DNA of 64,000 nucleotides from an uncultured Actinomycetota bacterium. GTDB lineage: Bacteria; Actinomycetota; Actinomycetes; Mycobacteriales; Micromonosporaceae. Positions within the stretch are counted from its first letter, which is position 1. The number at the start of each line of letters is the position of its first letter. Positions 1 to 10,148 of this stretch are shown piece after piece. Below the pieces are notes generated by a model, which worked only from the letters and a program-made list of their open reading frames with translations, did no database searches and had not been told where the DNA came from. A program made the position numbers and the translations under genes. The stretch lies in the NCBI GenBank assembly GCA_963805605.1, contig CAWDUX010000002.1, positions 119,672 through 183,671 on the forward strand, written 5' to 3'.

Positions 1-2
1 GG

Positions 3-272
3 GTCGTCCTGCTGATGGCGGCGGCCGTATACGGCGCGGGTTCGCGTCGTAGCCGGCGCTACCGTCCGGGCCGGCCGTTCGACTTCGTACCGGTGTGGTT
101 CCTGGCCGCGCCGGAACCGATCATCGGCCTGCCGGAAGACTCGACCGACGCGCACGCCACCGACGCCCGGGCGTTGCCGGCGGGCACCGGGAGCCGCGCC
201 GTCGAGGCGGCCGGTTCGGCGCCCACCGGTTCGGTGCACGGGGTCAAGGGAGGCGCAAGTGGCAGTTGGTGA
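3..272 (+). CDS. CtaJ-like small membrane subunit of the actinobacterial cytochrome bc1-aa3 supercomplex (5' partial)
   Basis: Frame open from the window edge with hydrophobic VVLLMAAAVY, then RYRPGRPFDFVPVWFL; overlaps the DUF5130 gene next to pepN, as for MSMEG_4693/4692. Confidence 0.6.
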   Translation, partial: VVLLMAAAVYGAGSRRSRRYRPGRPFDFVPVWFLAAPEPIIGLPEDSTDAHATDARALPAGTGSRAVEAAGSAPTGSVHGVKGGASGSW

Positions 273-750
273 GGCGCAGGTGACCGACCCGTCGGCCGAC
301 ATCCGACCGACCGGGGTACCGCAGGTGACCGATCACGGTTCGCCGGTGGAGACCCCGGTGACGCATGGCTCGCTGTACGACGGGATCGCGGGGGGACCGT
401 TCACCGCGAGCCAGTTGGTCCGGCTGGACGAGGCGCTGCGTGGCGCCGACAAAGGCTCGGGGCTGGCATTCAGTGTGTTCGTCGGTGAGCTCGAAGGTGA
501 GGACCGCCGGGCCGCCGCTTCCGCGTTGCACGACAGGATGGCGGAGCCGGATTCCAGCGTGCTGATCGCGGTGGCCCCCAACGAGCGGGTGGTGGAGATC
601 GTCACCGGTGCGTTGGCAGCCCGCCAGCTGCCGGACCGGATCTGCGCGTTGGCCGCGCTGTCCATGACATCCGCGTTCTCCGGCGGAGACCTGGCCGGTG
701 GTCTGGTGACCGGCCTGCGGATGCTCTCCGACCAGGCCCGCGTGCCGTAA
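259..750 (+). CDS. DUF5130/TPM-fold protein (CtaI/Rv2468c-like)
   Basis: GTG start after AAGGGAGG RBS; motifs LDEAL..A, FSVFVGEL, VLIAVAPNERVVEIVTG, FSGGDLAGGLVTGLRML; pepN synteny. Confidence 0.8.
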   Translation: MAVGEAQVTDPSADIRPTGVPQVTDHGSPVETPVTHGSLYDGIAGGPFTASQLVRLDEALRGADKGSGLAFSVFVGELEGEDRRAAASALHDRMAEPDSSVLIAVAPNERVVEIVTGALAARQLPDRICALAALSMTSAFSGGDLAGGLVTGLRMLSDQARVP

Positions 751-839
751 CGGCGGGGCGCACGTATCGACCCCACCGCCCCGGTAGCCCCGGGACCCGG
801 TGGGGTCAAGCCATGTACGGGCCCAGCTCATCCCGGCTC

Positions 840-1028
840 TCAGCTCATGCTGCGCCGGGGTCGGCCCAGCACCGGACGCGGTGCCACCGGACCTCCGGGG
901 TCCCCGCACTGTGGACATGCCACGAAACCCTGCACGGTGCGGTACTGCCGGTCGATGACGACCGACCGGACCTGAAACACCTCGCCGGATCCGAGACACA
1001 TGCCACACACACTTGTTGGTGCCGACAT
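840..1028 (-). CDS. Small putative zinc-binding protein (CxxCxGxG...CxxC)
   Basis: ATG at 1028 after AAGGTGA; CGMCLGSG and CPQC motifs; mostly GC3-rich codons. Confidence 0.5.
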   Translation of the reverse strand: MSAPTSVCGMCLGSGEVFQVRSVVIDRQYRTVQGFVACPQCGDPGGPVAPRPVLGRPRRSMS

Positions 1029-1156
1029 GGCGCTCACCTTACTGGTCTGAGCGTAGAGGTCCAATGCCGTGACCCGACGTTATTTCCGCCGGATCAGCAG
1101 GCATGCCGTGGCCGGCCGCGATACGCCAGGTCAGCGCACCGCGGCCGGCATGGCGA

Positions 1157-3712
1157 TCAGCTGACGGCTGCGTCACAGGCGCGGGCCCGCAGGGCGCGCT
1201 GGATTCCGTCCTTGCCTTCGGCGACCAACCGGCGTAGCGCCGCCGGCTGCTCCGAGCCGGTCAGCCAGGCGTCCGTCGCCGCCACGGTCTCGTCGCTGAC
1301 CAGCAGCGTCGGGTAGCCGAGTACGGCGAACACCTGGGCGACCTCGTTGTCGAAACGTTCGTACACCGCACCGACGTCGGCCAGGTAGCGGCCCCGGTAC
1401 GGAGTCAGCAGTTCCAGCTGCGCGGAGTGCCAGAAGCCCTGCAACATGGCCCGCTGCAACCAGTTCGGCAGTTCGGTGTCGGTGGTGATCCGACGCCACG
1501 TCTCCGCCTTGCTGTCCGCGTCGGGCCGCAACGCGCGGGCCATGGACGCCTGCCGGGAGCCGCTCGCGGTGTTGTCCGCGGACAGCTCCGCCTCGATCTC
1601 GCTCTCCCCGAACACGCCGTGCGCGACCAGCGACTGCACCAGCTGCCAGCGCAGATCGGTGTCGACGGTGAGCCCGTCCGGTACGCCGTTGCCGGCCAGC
1701 CAGCCGCGCAGCACCGCCAGATCGGCCTCGTCACGGACCAGCGAGGCGTACTCCTTGGCGAACGCCAGCTGTAGTCCGCTGCCCGGTTGGGCGGCACGCA
1801 GCGAGTCCGCGGTGATCCGGGTCAGGATCCCTCGGCCCTCGGACTGCCACGCGGGATCTGCGTACAGGTTGACCGCCTGGCGCGCGGTCCGCAGCAGGAT
1901 GGTGACCAGGTTGACGTCGGATTCGCTGGGCACCCCGGAGGCCACCAGCCGGACGAACTGCCGGGCCGGCAGTTCGGCGTCGCGCAGCATGTCCTGCGCG
2001 GCGCTCCAGACCAGGCCGCGGGCCAGCGACGAGGTGAAGCCGGAGATGTGCTCGACGATCGTGTCCATGGACCGCTCGTCGAGCCGGATCTTCGCATACG
2101 TCAGGTCGTCGTCGTTGACCAGCAGTACGTCCGCGACGGGTTCGCCGGCCAGTTCAGTGACCTCGGTACGGTCCCCGGACACGTCCAGCTCGACCTGCCT
2201 GCGGCGGGTCAGTACGCCCTCGCGCAGGTCGTACAGGCCGATGGCGAGCCGGTGGGTACGCAGTGTCGGGTAGTCCTTGGGTGCTTCCTGCAGGACCGTC
2301 ACGGTGCGGTAGTTGCCTGCACCGTCCAGCTCGACCTCCGGCCGCAGCGTGTTGACCTGTGCGGTGGTCAGCCACTGCGAGGCGAATTCACGTAGCGGTC
2401 GGCCCGACGCCTCCTCCAGCGCGCTCAGCAGGTCGTCGAAGGTCGCGTTGCCCCAGGCGTGCTTGGGGAAGTAGGCGCGCAGACCGGCCACGAAGGCGTT
2501 CCGGCCGACGTAGGCGACGAGCTGCTTGATGATGCTGGCGCCCTTGGCGTAGGTGATGCCGTCGAAGTTGTTCTCCACCGTCTCCACGTCGGGTACGTCC
2601 GCGTACACCGGGTGGGTAGTGGGCAGCTGGTCCTGGCCGTAGCCCCAGCGCTTACGCAGCGCCAGGAAGGTGGTCCAGGCGTTGGTGTAGCGGGTGCTCT
2701 CCGCGTTGGCCCAGTGGCTGGCCCATTCGGCGAACGACTCGTTCAGCCACAGGTCGTCCCACCAGCGCATGGTGACCAGATCACCGAACCACATGTGCGC
2801 CAGCTCGTGCAGCAGCGTGTTGGCGCGCTGTTCGTACTCGAAGTCGGTGACCTGCGAGCGGAACAGGTAGTGCTCTTCGGAGATGGTGATGCAGCCGAAG
2901 TTCTCCATTGCGCCGGCGTTGTACTCCGGTACGAGCAGCTGGTCGTACTTGGGCAGCGGGTAGCGGATGCCGAACTGCTCGTGGAAGAAGTCGAAGCCCT
3001 GCTTGGTGATGAGGAACATGTCGTCGGCGTCGAGGTGCTCGGCCAGGCTGGCGCGGCAGTACAGGCCCAGGTCGATGCCGTCGTGGGCGTCGCGTACCTC
3101 GTGGTACGGGCCGGCGCAGACCGCGGTGACGTAGGTGCTCATCACGGCACCTTCGGCGAACGTTACGACCTTGTCGTGGTCACGCTCGGTGGTGTCCTCG
3201 ACCGGGGAGTTGGAGACGACCAGCCAGTGCTTCGGCACGGTCACCACGAAGGTGTGCCGGGCCTTGAGGTTCGGCTGGTCGAAGCAGGCGAAGACGCGCT
3301 GCGCGTCGTTGGTCTCGAACTGGCTGTACAGGTAGACCTCTTTGTCGACCGGGTCGACGGCGCGGTGCATGCCCTGGCCGGAGGTGGAGTAGTTGCACTC
3401 GGCCTCCACGACCAGCAGGTTGTCCGCGGCCAGGCCGGTGATCGGCAGGCCCTTCTCCGACTCGTATGGGGAAAGGTCGACCGGGGTGCCGTTGAGGGTC
3501 GCCGAGCGCAACGTCGCGGCGCAGATTTCCACGAACGTGTCGGCGCCGGGCTCGGCGCACTGGAACCGCACCTCGGTGCGGGAGGTGAAGGTCCGCTCAC
3601 CCGGATAGCCGGACCCGTCGGTCAGGTCGAGCTCGACGCGGTACGTCACCCCGGACAGCAGCCGGGCCCGTTCGTCGGCCTCGGTCCGTGCGAGGTTGTG
3701 AATGCCGGGCAA
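1157..3712 (-). CDS. pepN: Aminopeptidase N (M1 family)
   Basis: 851 aa; GAMEN and HELAH-x18-E zinc motifs. Confidence 0.97.
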   Translation of the reverse strand: MPGIHNLARTEADERARLLSGVTYRVELDLTDGSGYPGERTFTSRTEVRFQCAEPGADTFVEICAATLRSATLNGTPVDLSPYESEKGLPITGLAADNLLVVEAECNYSTSGQGMHRAVDPVDKEVYLYSQFETNDAQRVFACFDQPNLKARHTFVVTVPKHWLVVSNSPVEDTTERDHDKVVTFAEGAVMSTYVTAVCAGPYHEVRDAHDGIDLGLYCRASLAEHLDADDMFLITKQGFDFFHEQFGIRYPLPKYDQLLVPEYNAGAMENFGCITISEEHYLFRSQVTDFEYEQRANTLLHELAHMWFGDLVTMRWWDDLWLNESFAEWASHWANAESTRYTNAWTTFLALRKRWGYGQDQLPTTHPVYADVPDVETVENNFDGITYAKGASIIKQLVAYVGRNAFVAGLRAYFPKHAWGNATFDDLLSALEEASGRPLREFASQWLTTAQVNTLRPEVELDGAGNYRTVTVLQEAPKDYPTLRTHRLAIGLYDLREGVLTRRRQVELDVSGDRTEVTELAGEPVADVLLVNDDDLTYAKIRLDERSMDTIVEHISGFTSSLARGLVWSAAQDMLRDAELPARQFVRLVASGVPSESDVNLVTILLRTARQAVNLYADPAWQSEGRGILTRITADSLRAAQPGSGLQLAFAKEYASLVRDEADLAVLRGWLAGNGVPDGLTVDTDLRWQLVQSLVAHGVFGESEIEAELSADNTASGSRQASMARALRPDADSKAETWRRITTDTELPNWLQRAMLQGFWHSAQLELLTPYRGRYLADVGAVYERFDNEVAQVFAVLGYPTLLVSDETVAATDAWLTGSEQPAALRRLVAEGKDGIQRALRARACDAAVS

Positions 3713-3878
3713 GGTTCCTCCTTGACGCCTGTGCCGGTGAACTAGCTGGGTGTACAGGCGAGTGTTCCATGCGACGAAGGTCTCCGGGTACCTGGTTAGC
3801 GCTACGCCGTCGGTTGGGGTAGTGATTGTTAGAACAGCATCGAAACATCACACGGTAGGACCGCCGGAAGGAGAAGTA

Positions 3879-4508
3879 GTGCCAGAGGAAGAACGTGTCA
3901 CCGTGCATATGTGGTTCGACCCGGCGTGCCCGTGGGCCTGGATCACCTCGCGTTGGCTGCTGGAGGTGGAGCAGGTGCGCCCGGTCCGGATCGAGTTCCG
4001 GGTGATGAGCCTCGGCGTACTCAACGAGGACAAGGACATTCCGGACGACTACCGGACCATGCTGTCCGGCACCTGGGGCGCGGTACGGGTCTGTATCGCC
4101 GCCCAACAGAAGTTCGGCATCGAGGTCCTGCGCGACCTGTACACCGCGCTGGGCACCCGCATCCATCTGCAGAAGGCGACGAAGGATCGGGACCTGCTGG
4201 TCGCTGCGCTCACCGAGGCCGGACTGCCCGAGGACCTGGCCGACGCGGCCGACTCGACGGAACTCGACCAGGAACTGCGCCGCAGCCACCACGAGGGGAT
4301 GGACCCGGTCGGCTACGAGGTCGGCACCCCGGTGATCCACGTACCGGGCCTGGACGGCGAGCTGATCGCGTTCTTCGGCCCCGTCGTCACCCCGGCGCCG
4401 AAGGGCGAGGCGGCCGGCCGGCTCTGGGACGGTGTACTCACCGTCGCCGGCACCGACGGCTTCTTCGAGCTGAAGCGGACCCGTACCCGCAGACCGATCT
4501 TCGACTGA
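3879..4508 (+). CDS. DsbA-like mycothiol-dependent oxidoreductase (Rv2466c family)
   Basis: WFDPACPWAWITSRW CxxW motif, VGTPVI, FFGPV, FFELKR; divergent from pepN; GTG after AAGGAG. Confidence 0.9.
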   Translation: MPEEERVTVHMWFDPACPWAWITSRWLLEVEQVRPVRIEFRVMSLGVLNEDKDIPDDYRTMLSGTWGAVRVCIAAQQKFGIEVLRDLYTALGTRIHLQKATKDRDLLVAALTEAGLPEDLADAADSTELDQELRRSHHEGMDPVGYEVGTPVIHVPGLDGELIAFFGPVVTPAPKGEAAGRLWDGVLTVAGTDGFFELKRTRTRRPIFD

Positions 4509-4661
4509 TCCGATCGTCGGGCGAGCCGATCTTCGACGATGCCGACGCACGCTGCCCCGGACCACTCTGCGGTCGTCCGGGGCAGCCGTGCCAGGGCGTG
4601 CGGCGGACCCGGTAGCGTCTGGGGGCGAGAGCTTCACCGCCGTGGACCGAGGAGAGCCGTA

Positions 4662-5924
4662 ATGCCGCACAGTGGACCGTCGCCGGTACATCCGATCGGT
4701 CGGGCCTGGATCTCCACCGGCGGTACCGGCGCGCAGAACTACGACGAGTTCGCCGACGACGCGGAGATCACCGAGATCGTGGCGGCGAACCCGGCGAGTG
4801 CTCTGGGCATCGAGATGCCGCACCGTACGCCTGAGGCGGTGGCGGCCGGACTGTCGTTCACCGATTCGCTGTCGGCAGCGGTGGCCCGTTTCGGGCAGCT
4901 GCGCGACGAGGGCCGCTACCAGCCGGCCGAGCAGGTCGTCGCGCTGTACCGGATCAGCGGCCCGGACGGGGTCGGCTTCGGCGTCTTCTGCATGGTCGAC
5001 ACCGACCAGATCTCCGCCAGCGCGGACGAGCCGGGTCTGGTGATCCGCAACGAGGACGTGTTCGTGGCCAAGGTACGGGAACGTACCGCGCTGGCCGCCG
5101 CGCTCGGTCACCTGCTCAGCCCCGTACTGCTGATGCAGACCGGCCCGGACGCCGCGCTGCACGCGGTGCTGACCGAGGTGCACGCCAGGCTCGGCGCACC
5201 GGCCGTCACCGACACCGACCCGCAGGGCCGCCGGCACGAGATCTGGGCGCTGGCCCCGGGGCCCGACCAGGACCGGGTACTGGCCGCTGCCGGCGGTGGC
5301 GAACTGATCGTCGCGGACGGCAACCACCGCACGCTGGCCGCGCAGGTCGGTGAGCTGCCCCGATTCCTGGCCGTGGTCACCAGCCCCGAGTCGGTCCGGA
5401 TCCAGCCCTATCACCGGCTGGTCACCGAGGTGGCGCTCAGCTCCGCGCCGGGTTCCGGCACGCCGGGCCAGCTGTCGGCCCTGCCGGAGCGGTTGCGCGC
5501 GGCGGGCGCCGAGGTCACCGAGCTGGCCGGCGCGGCCGAGGTGCCGACGGCCGGCACGGTGCATCTCTACACCGCCACCGGCGGCTACGCCGTACGGCTG
5601 CCCGTGCCGGCGGATGCCGGTGTGGTCGAGCGGCTGGACTACAGCGTGGTCGAGTCGGTGCTGTTCGGCCGTGTCCTCGCCATGGAGCCGGGGGACAAGC
5701 GGATCACCTACGTCGGCGGCGACTACCCGGCCAGCTGGCTGCGCGGCGAGGTGGACGCGGGTCGCGCCGACCTGGCGGTACTGATCGCGCCGGTCAGCGT
5801 CGAGGACTTCGTCGCGGTCAACCTGGCGCGGGAGAAAATGCCGCGCAAGAGCACCTGGTTCACCCCGAAGGCCCGTGGCGGCCTGGTCTGCGCCGAACTG
5901 GCTGCCGAACCGGCCGCCGGATAG
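4662..5924 (+). CDS. DUF1015 family protein
   Basis: Motifs IRNEDV, IADGNHR, IQPYHR, KMPRKSTWFTPK. Confidence 0.8.
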   Translation: MPHSGPSPVHPIGRAWISTGGTGAQNYDEFADDAEITEIVAANPASALGIEMPHRTPEAVAAGLSFTDSLSAAVARFGQLRDEGRYQPAEQVVALYRISGPDGVGFGVFCMVDTDQISASADEPGLVIRNEDVFVAKVRERTALAAALGHLLSPVLLMQTGPDAALHAVLTEVHARLGAPAVTDTDPQGRRHEIWALAPGPDQDRVLAAAGGGELIVADGNHRTLAAQVGELPRFLAVVTSPESVRIQPYHRLVTEVALSSAPGSGTPGQLSALPERLRAAGAEVTELAGAAEVPTAGTVHLYTATGGYAVRLPVPADAGVVERLDYSVVESVLFGRVLAMEPGDKRITYVGGDYPASWLRGEVDAGRADLAVLIAPVSVEDFVAVNLAREKMPRKSTWFTPKARGGLVCAELAAEPAAG

Positions 5925-5973
5925 TGCTGCCCGGGGGCCGACCCCCGATGATGTCGTCGGCCCCCATCGGCGG

Positions 5974-8375
5974 TCACTCGCTACGCAGCCCGTCGGGCCG
6001 CATCAGCCGCCACAGCGCCGGCATGCTCAGCGCCGTCACCAGCAGCACCACCGCGGCGCCGATGCCGATGATGCCGGCAGCGCTCTGCCAGTCGAACGAC
6101 ATCGGCTGGTGGGCCATCCGCAGCAGCGCAGCGCCCAGCAGTATGCCGGCCCCGATTGCCAGCAACAGACCGACGACCAGCGATATCGCCGTCTGCCAGA
6201 GAATCGACAGGGTCAGGGTCCGTCGACGTGCACCGAAGGCCGCCAGCACGGCCAGCGGACGTTTCCGGGTCCGGAGCTGCTCCAGGGTGTTGACCAGCAG
6301 GCTCGCTCCGATCAGCAGGAGTACTGCGATGGCGCCGGCCGACAGTCCGCGGCGGACGGTGCGGTAGTTCGCATCGAAGTGGCTGGTGGCGCCAGGCACC
6401 GTCACCGACATCAGTGGGGCGAGCCGCGCCGCGGCCGTCCGCACCTGGTCGACCGCGTCTTCTCGGCTGGGGTCGGTACGGATACGGAACTCCGGGGTCA
6501 GCGGAGCGGTCATCGCACTGTGCCGCTGCGCCGCCGGTGTCAGCAGCACCCCGGTGTACGGGACCTGGTTAGGGTCGTCACGAGGATTCGCGTGCCTGAT
6601 CCCGGCGGGGATCCGCCAGTTGAAGGACGGTGGGGCGGGTCGGGCGTAGCCCTGGATCGACACCATGGTGCCTGGTGTGAGCGGTCCGGTGTCGGGACCT
6701 GTCAGCGTGAATGCGTCGCCGTCCGCGCAGCGCCCGAGAATGGCGACGCCACGCAGCGCCCGAGAATGGCGACGCCACGCAGCGCAGCGCAACTGCCGAC
6801 GAGAATGCTGGCCGGCTGGTCGGTGCGGGGTTCCCGACCGCTGACGGTCAACGTCGCGTCGGCGAGTGTCCGTACGGACCGTACCCCGGGTGTTGACCGG
6901 AACCGTGCCGCCATCTGTTCGGCCCGCGTGCTGTCGACGGCACCCTCGTTCTGCACGATCAGCTGGTCGCGGTGCGGGTTCTGGTCCCTGGGGCCGGCGG
7001 CGACGTAGGTGTGCTGTATGCCAGCGAACAGGGTCTGCAACGCGATCGCTCCGGCGACCGCGACGGTGATACCGCTGACTGCCCGGGCCGCCGAGCCGCT
7101 GTCCAGTTGTAGTCGCCGTACCGCCAGCTGCCAGGCCACGCTGCCACCGCGCAACCGCCGTACGAGCGCTTCCACGCCCCACGGCAGCAGTGCTGCGACG
7201 CCGAACAGGAGAAGTACCACCCCGCCGGTGAGTTCGATGTCGACCAGGCTGCTGCCGGTGTTCGGTATCCCGCGCATCAGCGGCAGCAGTGCGGCCAGCC
7301 CGATCACCAGGGTCAGCAACCGCCACCACAGCCGACGGGTCCGTGCGGCGGCCTGGCGTACCACGCCCAACGGTTCGGCCACCACGCGACGCAACGCGAC
7401 GATCGTGACCACGACGGCGGCGGCGGGCAGGCCGAGCACTATCAGTAGCGCCAGTACGGGACTGGGCCGTACGTCGGAGGAGAAGGCGCTGATCCCGTCG
7501 AAGGTCACCAGTTCGACGAGCTGCCGCCCGGCCAGGAAGATCGCCGTGCCGACGATCAGACCGAGTATCGCACCGATCAGTGCCTCACCGGCCGCGATAC
7601 GCCGGGTCATCTGTCGGTCGGCGCCGACGAGACGTAGCGCGGCTTGTTGCCGGTCACGGGACTCGGCGCCGAACCGGACCGCGGCGCCGATGAACACCGC
7701 TACCGGTATCAGCAGCACCGATATGCCGACCAGCAGGATGACCGACAGTGTGGCGTCCAGCCCGGACCGGCCCCGCTGCGTACCGAACCGGGCCACGTGG
7801 AACGCCACAGGGTTGTCGCCGTCGAGCGTGTCCGAACCGAGGTAGTACCAGTACTCGTTCGGTCCGCCGAGCCCCGAATCGGCGATGGTGCCGGTGATGT
7901 GCTGGTACGGGATGCGTCTCCGCAGCAGCGTGCCGTCCGGTGAGTTCAGCAGGTCGAGCAGCTTGGGCGAGACCACCAGCTCGCCCGGTGCCGGCACCCT
8001 GGTCAGACCGGGCGGCACCACCGGATGTGCGCTCTCGGACTCGATCATGAAGCCGCTGACCGAGATGTCCCGGTAGTCGGTGGCGGCGTCGCGCATCAGT
8101 ACCGAATGCGCGGTTCTGTGCTCGGCGGGTATGTAGACCCGGGCATTGTTGCGGGCATGGCGTGCATCCAGGATGGCGGGCGCCGAGGCGGCGAGCAGCA
8201 GCATGCCGACGCCGAGCCCGACCCCGACGGCGGTCAGCGCCATCCGGGTCCAGGTGGACCGGCCACCTCGGGTGACCAACCGCACCCCGATGCCCAGATC
8301 GCGTACCCACCGGACGGCCCGGCCCGGGCCGGTGCCCGCCTCGACGTCGGGTCGGCTCTTGTGGTCGAGGCTCAT
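5974..8375 (-). pseudogene. FtsX-like ABC transporter permease broken by a 26-bp tandem duplication
   Basis: N-terminal part in ORF 6702-8375 and C-terminal part in ORF 5974-~6750; removing one 26-bp copy (6726-6751/6752-6777) gives one 792-codon frame with two FtsX TM blocks. Confidence 0.85.
6726..6785. repeat. 26-bp direct tandem repeat CGCAGCGCCCGAGAATGGCGACGCCA x2 plus partial CGCAGCGC
   Basis: Read directly from the sequence. Confidence 0.95.
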
Positions 8376-9067
8376 GCCACCAGCTCCAGGTCGCGGGTGC
8401 GGCCGTCGCGGACCACGATCTCGCGGTCGGAGTAGGCAGCCACCCGCGCTTCGTGGGTGACCAGCAGGACCCCCGCACCGCTCTGCCTGGCGGCCTCGCT
8501 GAGCAGCCGCATCACCCGTTCGCCGTTGAGTGAGTCGAGTGCGCCGGTCGGTTCGTCGGCGAAGATCACTCTCGGGTCGGTCACCAGGGCGCGGGCTACC
8601 GCGATGCGTTGACCTTGACCACCGGACACCTCGCCGGGCCGCTTGCTGCCGACGTCGTCGACCTCGACGCGCGCCAACCATTCGGTGGCCCGCCGTTCGG
8701 CCTCCCGGCGCCGTACGCCGTTGAGTCGCAGCGGCAGGGCCACGTTCTCCAGGCAGGTCAGTTCGGGTACCAGCTGACCGAACTGGAAGACGAAACCGAA
8801 CTCGCTGCGGCGCAGTGCGCTGCGCTCGCGGTCGGGCATCGCGGACAGCTCGGTGTCGCGGTAGAGCACCCGTCCCGAGTCCGCCCGCACGATGCCGGCC
8901 AGGCAGTGCAGCAGCGTCGACTTGCCCGAGCCGGACGGTCCCATCACGGCGACGATCTCGCCGGCCCGGATCTGCAGGTGCGCACCGGCCAGAGCGGGGG
9001 TCGCGCCGAACGTGTGGTGCAGGTCGGTGCCGACGAGCAGTGCGGCGTCGGTGCGGGGGGCGCTCAT
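8372..9067 (-). CDS. ABC transporter ATP-binding protein (LolD/MacB-type)
   Basis: Walker A GPSGSGKST, signature VSGGQGQR, Walker B IFADEPTG; ATGA overlap with the permease. Confidence 0.95.
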   Translation of the reverse strand: MSAPRTDAALLVGTDLHHTFGATPALAGAHLQIRAGEIVAVMGPSGSGKSTLLHCLAGIVRADSGRVLYRDTELSAMPDRERSALRRSEFGFVFQFGQLVPELTCLENVALPLRLNGVRRREAERRATEWLARVEVDDVGSKRPGEVSGGQGQRIAVARALVTDPRVIFADEPTGALDSLNGERVMRLLSEAARQSGAGVLLVTHEARVAAYSDREIVVRDGRTRDLELVA

Positions 9068-9588
9068 GACCGCACCTGCCGGGTGAGTTCCGCCAGCCGT
9101 GCCGTGGTCAGTTCCAGCCAGCGCAGGTCGGCCTCCAGATGGAACAGGGCGTGGTCGCAGATGAGCTGGTCGGCGAGGTCACCGGCGGTCTTGCGGCGGG
9201 TGAGGGTACGCATCAGCCGCAGGTGTTCGGCGCGCTGGGCGTCCAGGATGGGCGCTGCGGGCCGGTCGGTCAGCAGCGCCAGTACGACCTTGGTGTAGAG
9301 GGTGTTCTGCAGGTACGGCTCGGGTGCCTCCGGCTGCGTCAGCCACCGTTCGACGTCGGTGACGCCGGCGTCGGTGATGGCGTAGCGCTTGCGCTCCGGG
9401 CCGCCGCCGGCCTCGACTCCGTCCAGCTCTACGAGCTGGTTCTTCAGCAGCCGGGACAGCGTCGAGTAGACCTGGCCGTAGTGCAGTGGGTGGTCGTGGC
9501 CGAAGCGTTCGTCGTACGCACGTTTGAGGTCGTATCCGTGCCGTGGGCCGGCTTCCAGCAGCCCCAGCAGGGTGAGTCCGATCGACAT
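9064..9588 (-). CDS. PadR family transcriptional regulator
   Basis: LLGLL..GPRHGYDLK, GQVYSTLSRL, RKRYAIT..G motifs; coupled to the ABC genes. Confidence 0.93.
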   Translation of the reverse strand: MSIGLTLLGLLEAGPRHGYDLKRAYDERFGHDHPLHYGQVYSTLSRLLKNQLVELDGVEAGGGPERKRYAITDAGVTDVERWLTQPEAPEPYLQNTLYTKVVLALLTDRPAAPILDAQRAEHLRLMRTLTRRKTAGDLADQLICDHALFHLEADLRWLELTTARLAELTRQVRS

Positions 9589-9597
9589 GCGAGCGAC

Positions 9598-9627
9598 TAT
9601 ACACAGCGTCTATACACTATGTGTATA
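9598..9627. promoter_or_regulatory. Putative PadR operator TATACAC-N3-GTGTATA plus an extra TATACAC half-site
   Basis: Perfect AT-rich inverted repeat 9611-9627 and half-site 9598-9604, 10-40 bp upstream of the padR ATG. Confidence 0.6.
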
Positions 9628-9683
9628 AGCGCTCGATCCGGGCGGCTCGACGCCGGTGGGCGGGCGCCTGCCAGACTGACCGG

Positions 9684-10148
9684 ATGCGCGTCTATCTCGG
9701 CTCTGACCACGCGGGCTTCGAGCTCAAGGCCCACCTGCTCGACGTACTGGAGAAGGCCGGTCACGACACCGTCGACGTCGGCGCCCAGCGCTACGACAGC
9801 GCCGACGACTACCCGGCCTACTGCCTGGCCACCGGCGCCCGGGTGGTCGCCGACGCCGGCAGCCTGGGCGTGGTGATCGGCGGCTCCGGCAACGGCGAAC
9901 AGATCGCCGCGAACAAGGTGCCCGGCGTGCGCGCGGCGCTGGCCTGGAGCGCCGAGACCGCGCAGCTGGCACGGGAACACAACGACGCCAACGTGGTGGG
10001 CATCGGCGCCCGGATGCACTCCACCGACGAGGCCACCGACATCGTCCGGACGTTTCTGGGCAGCGCGTTCTCCGGCGGAGAGCGGCACGTACGCCGCATC
10101 ACCACCATCGCCGACTACGAGCGCACCGGCACGCTGCCGCCGCTCTAG
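9684..10148 (+). CDS. rpiB: Ribose-5-phosphate isomerase B
   Basis: GSDHAG, GGSGNGEQIAANKVPG, AREHNDANV, RHVRRI motifs. Confidence 0.96.
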   Translation: MRVYLGSDHAGFELKAHLLDVLEKAGHDTVDVGAQRYDSADDYPAYCLATGARVVADAGSLGVVIGGSGNGEQIAANKVPGVRAALAWSAETAQLAREHNDANVVGIGARMHSTDEATDIVRTFLGSAFSGGERHVRRITTIADYERTGTLPPL

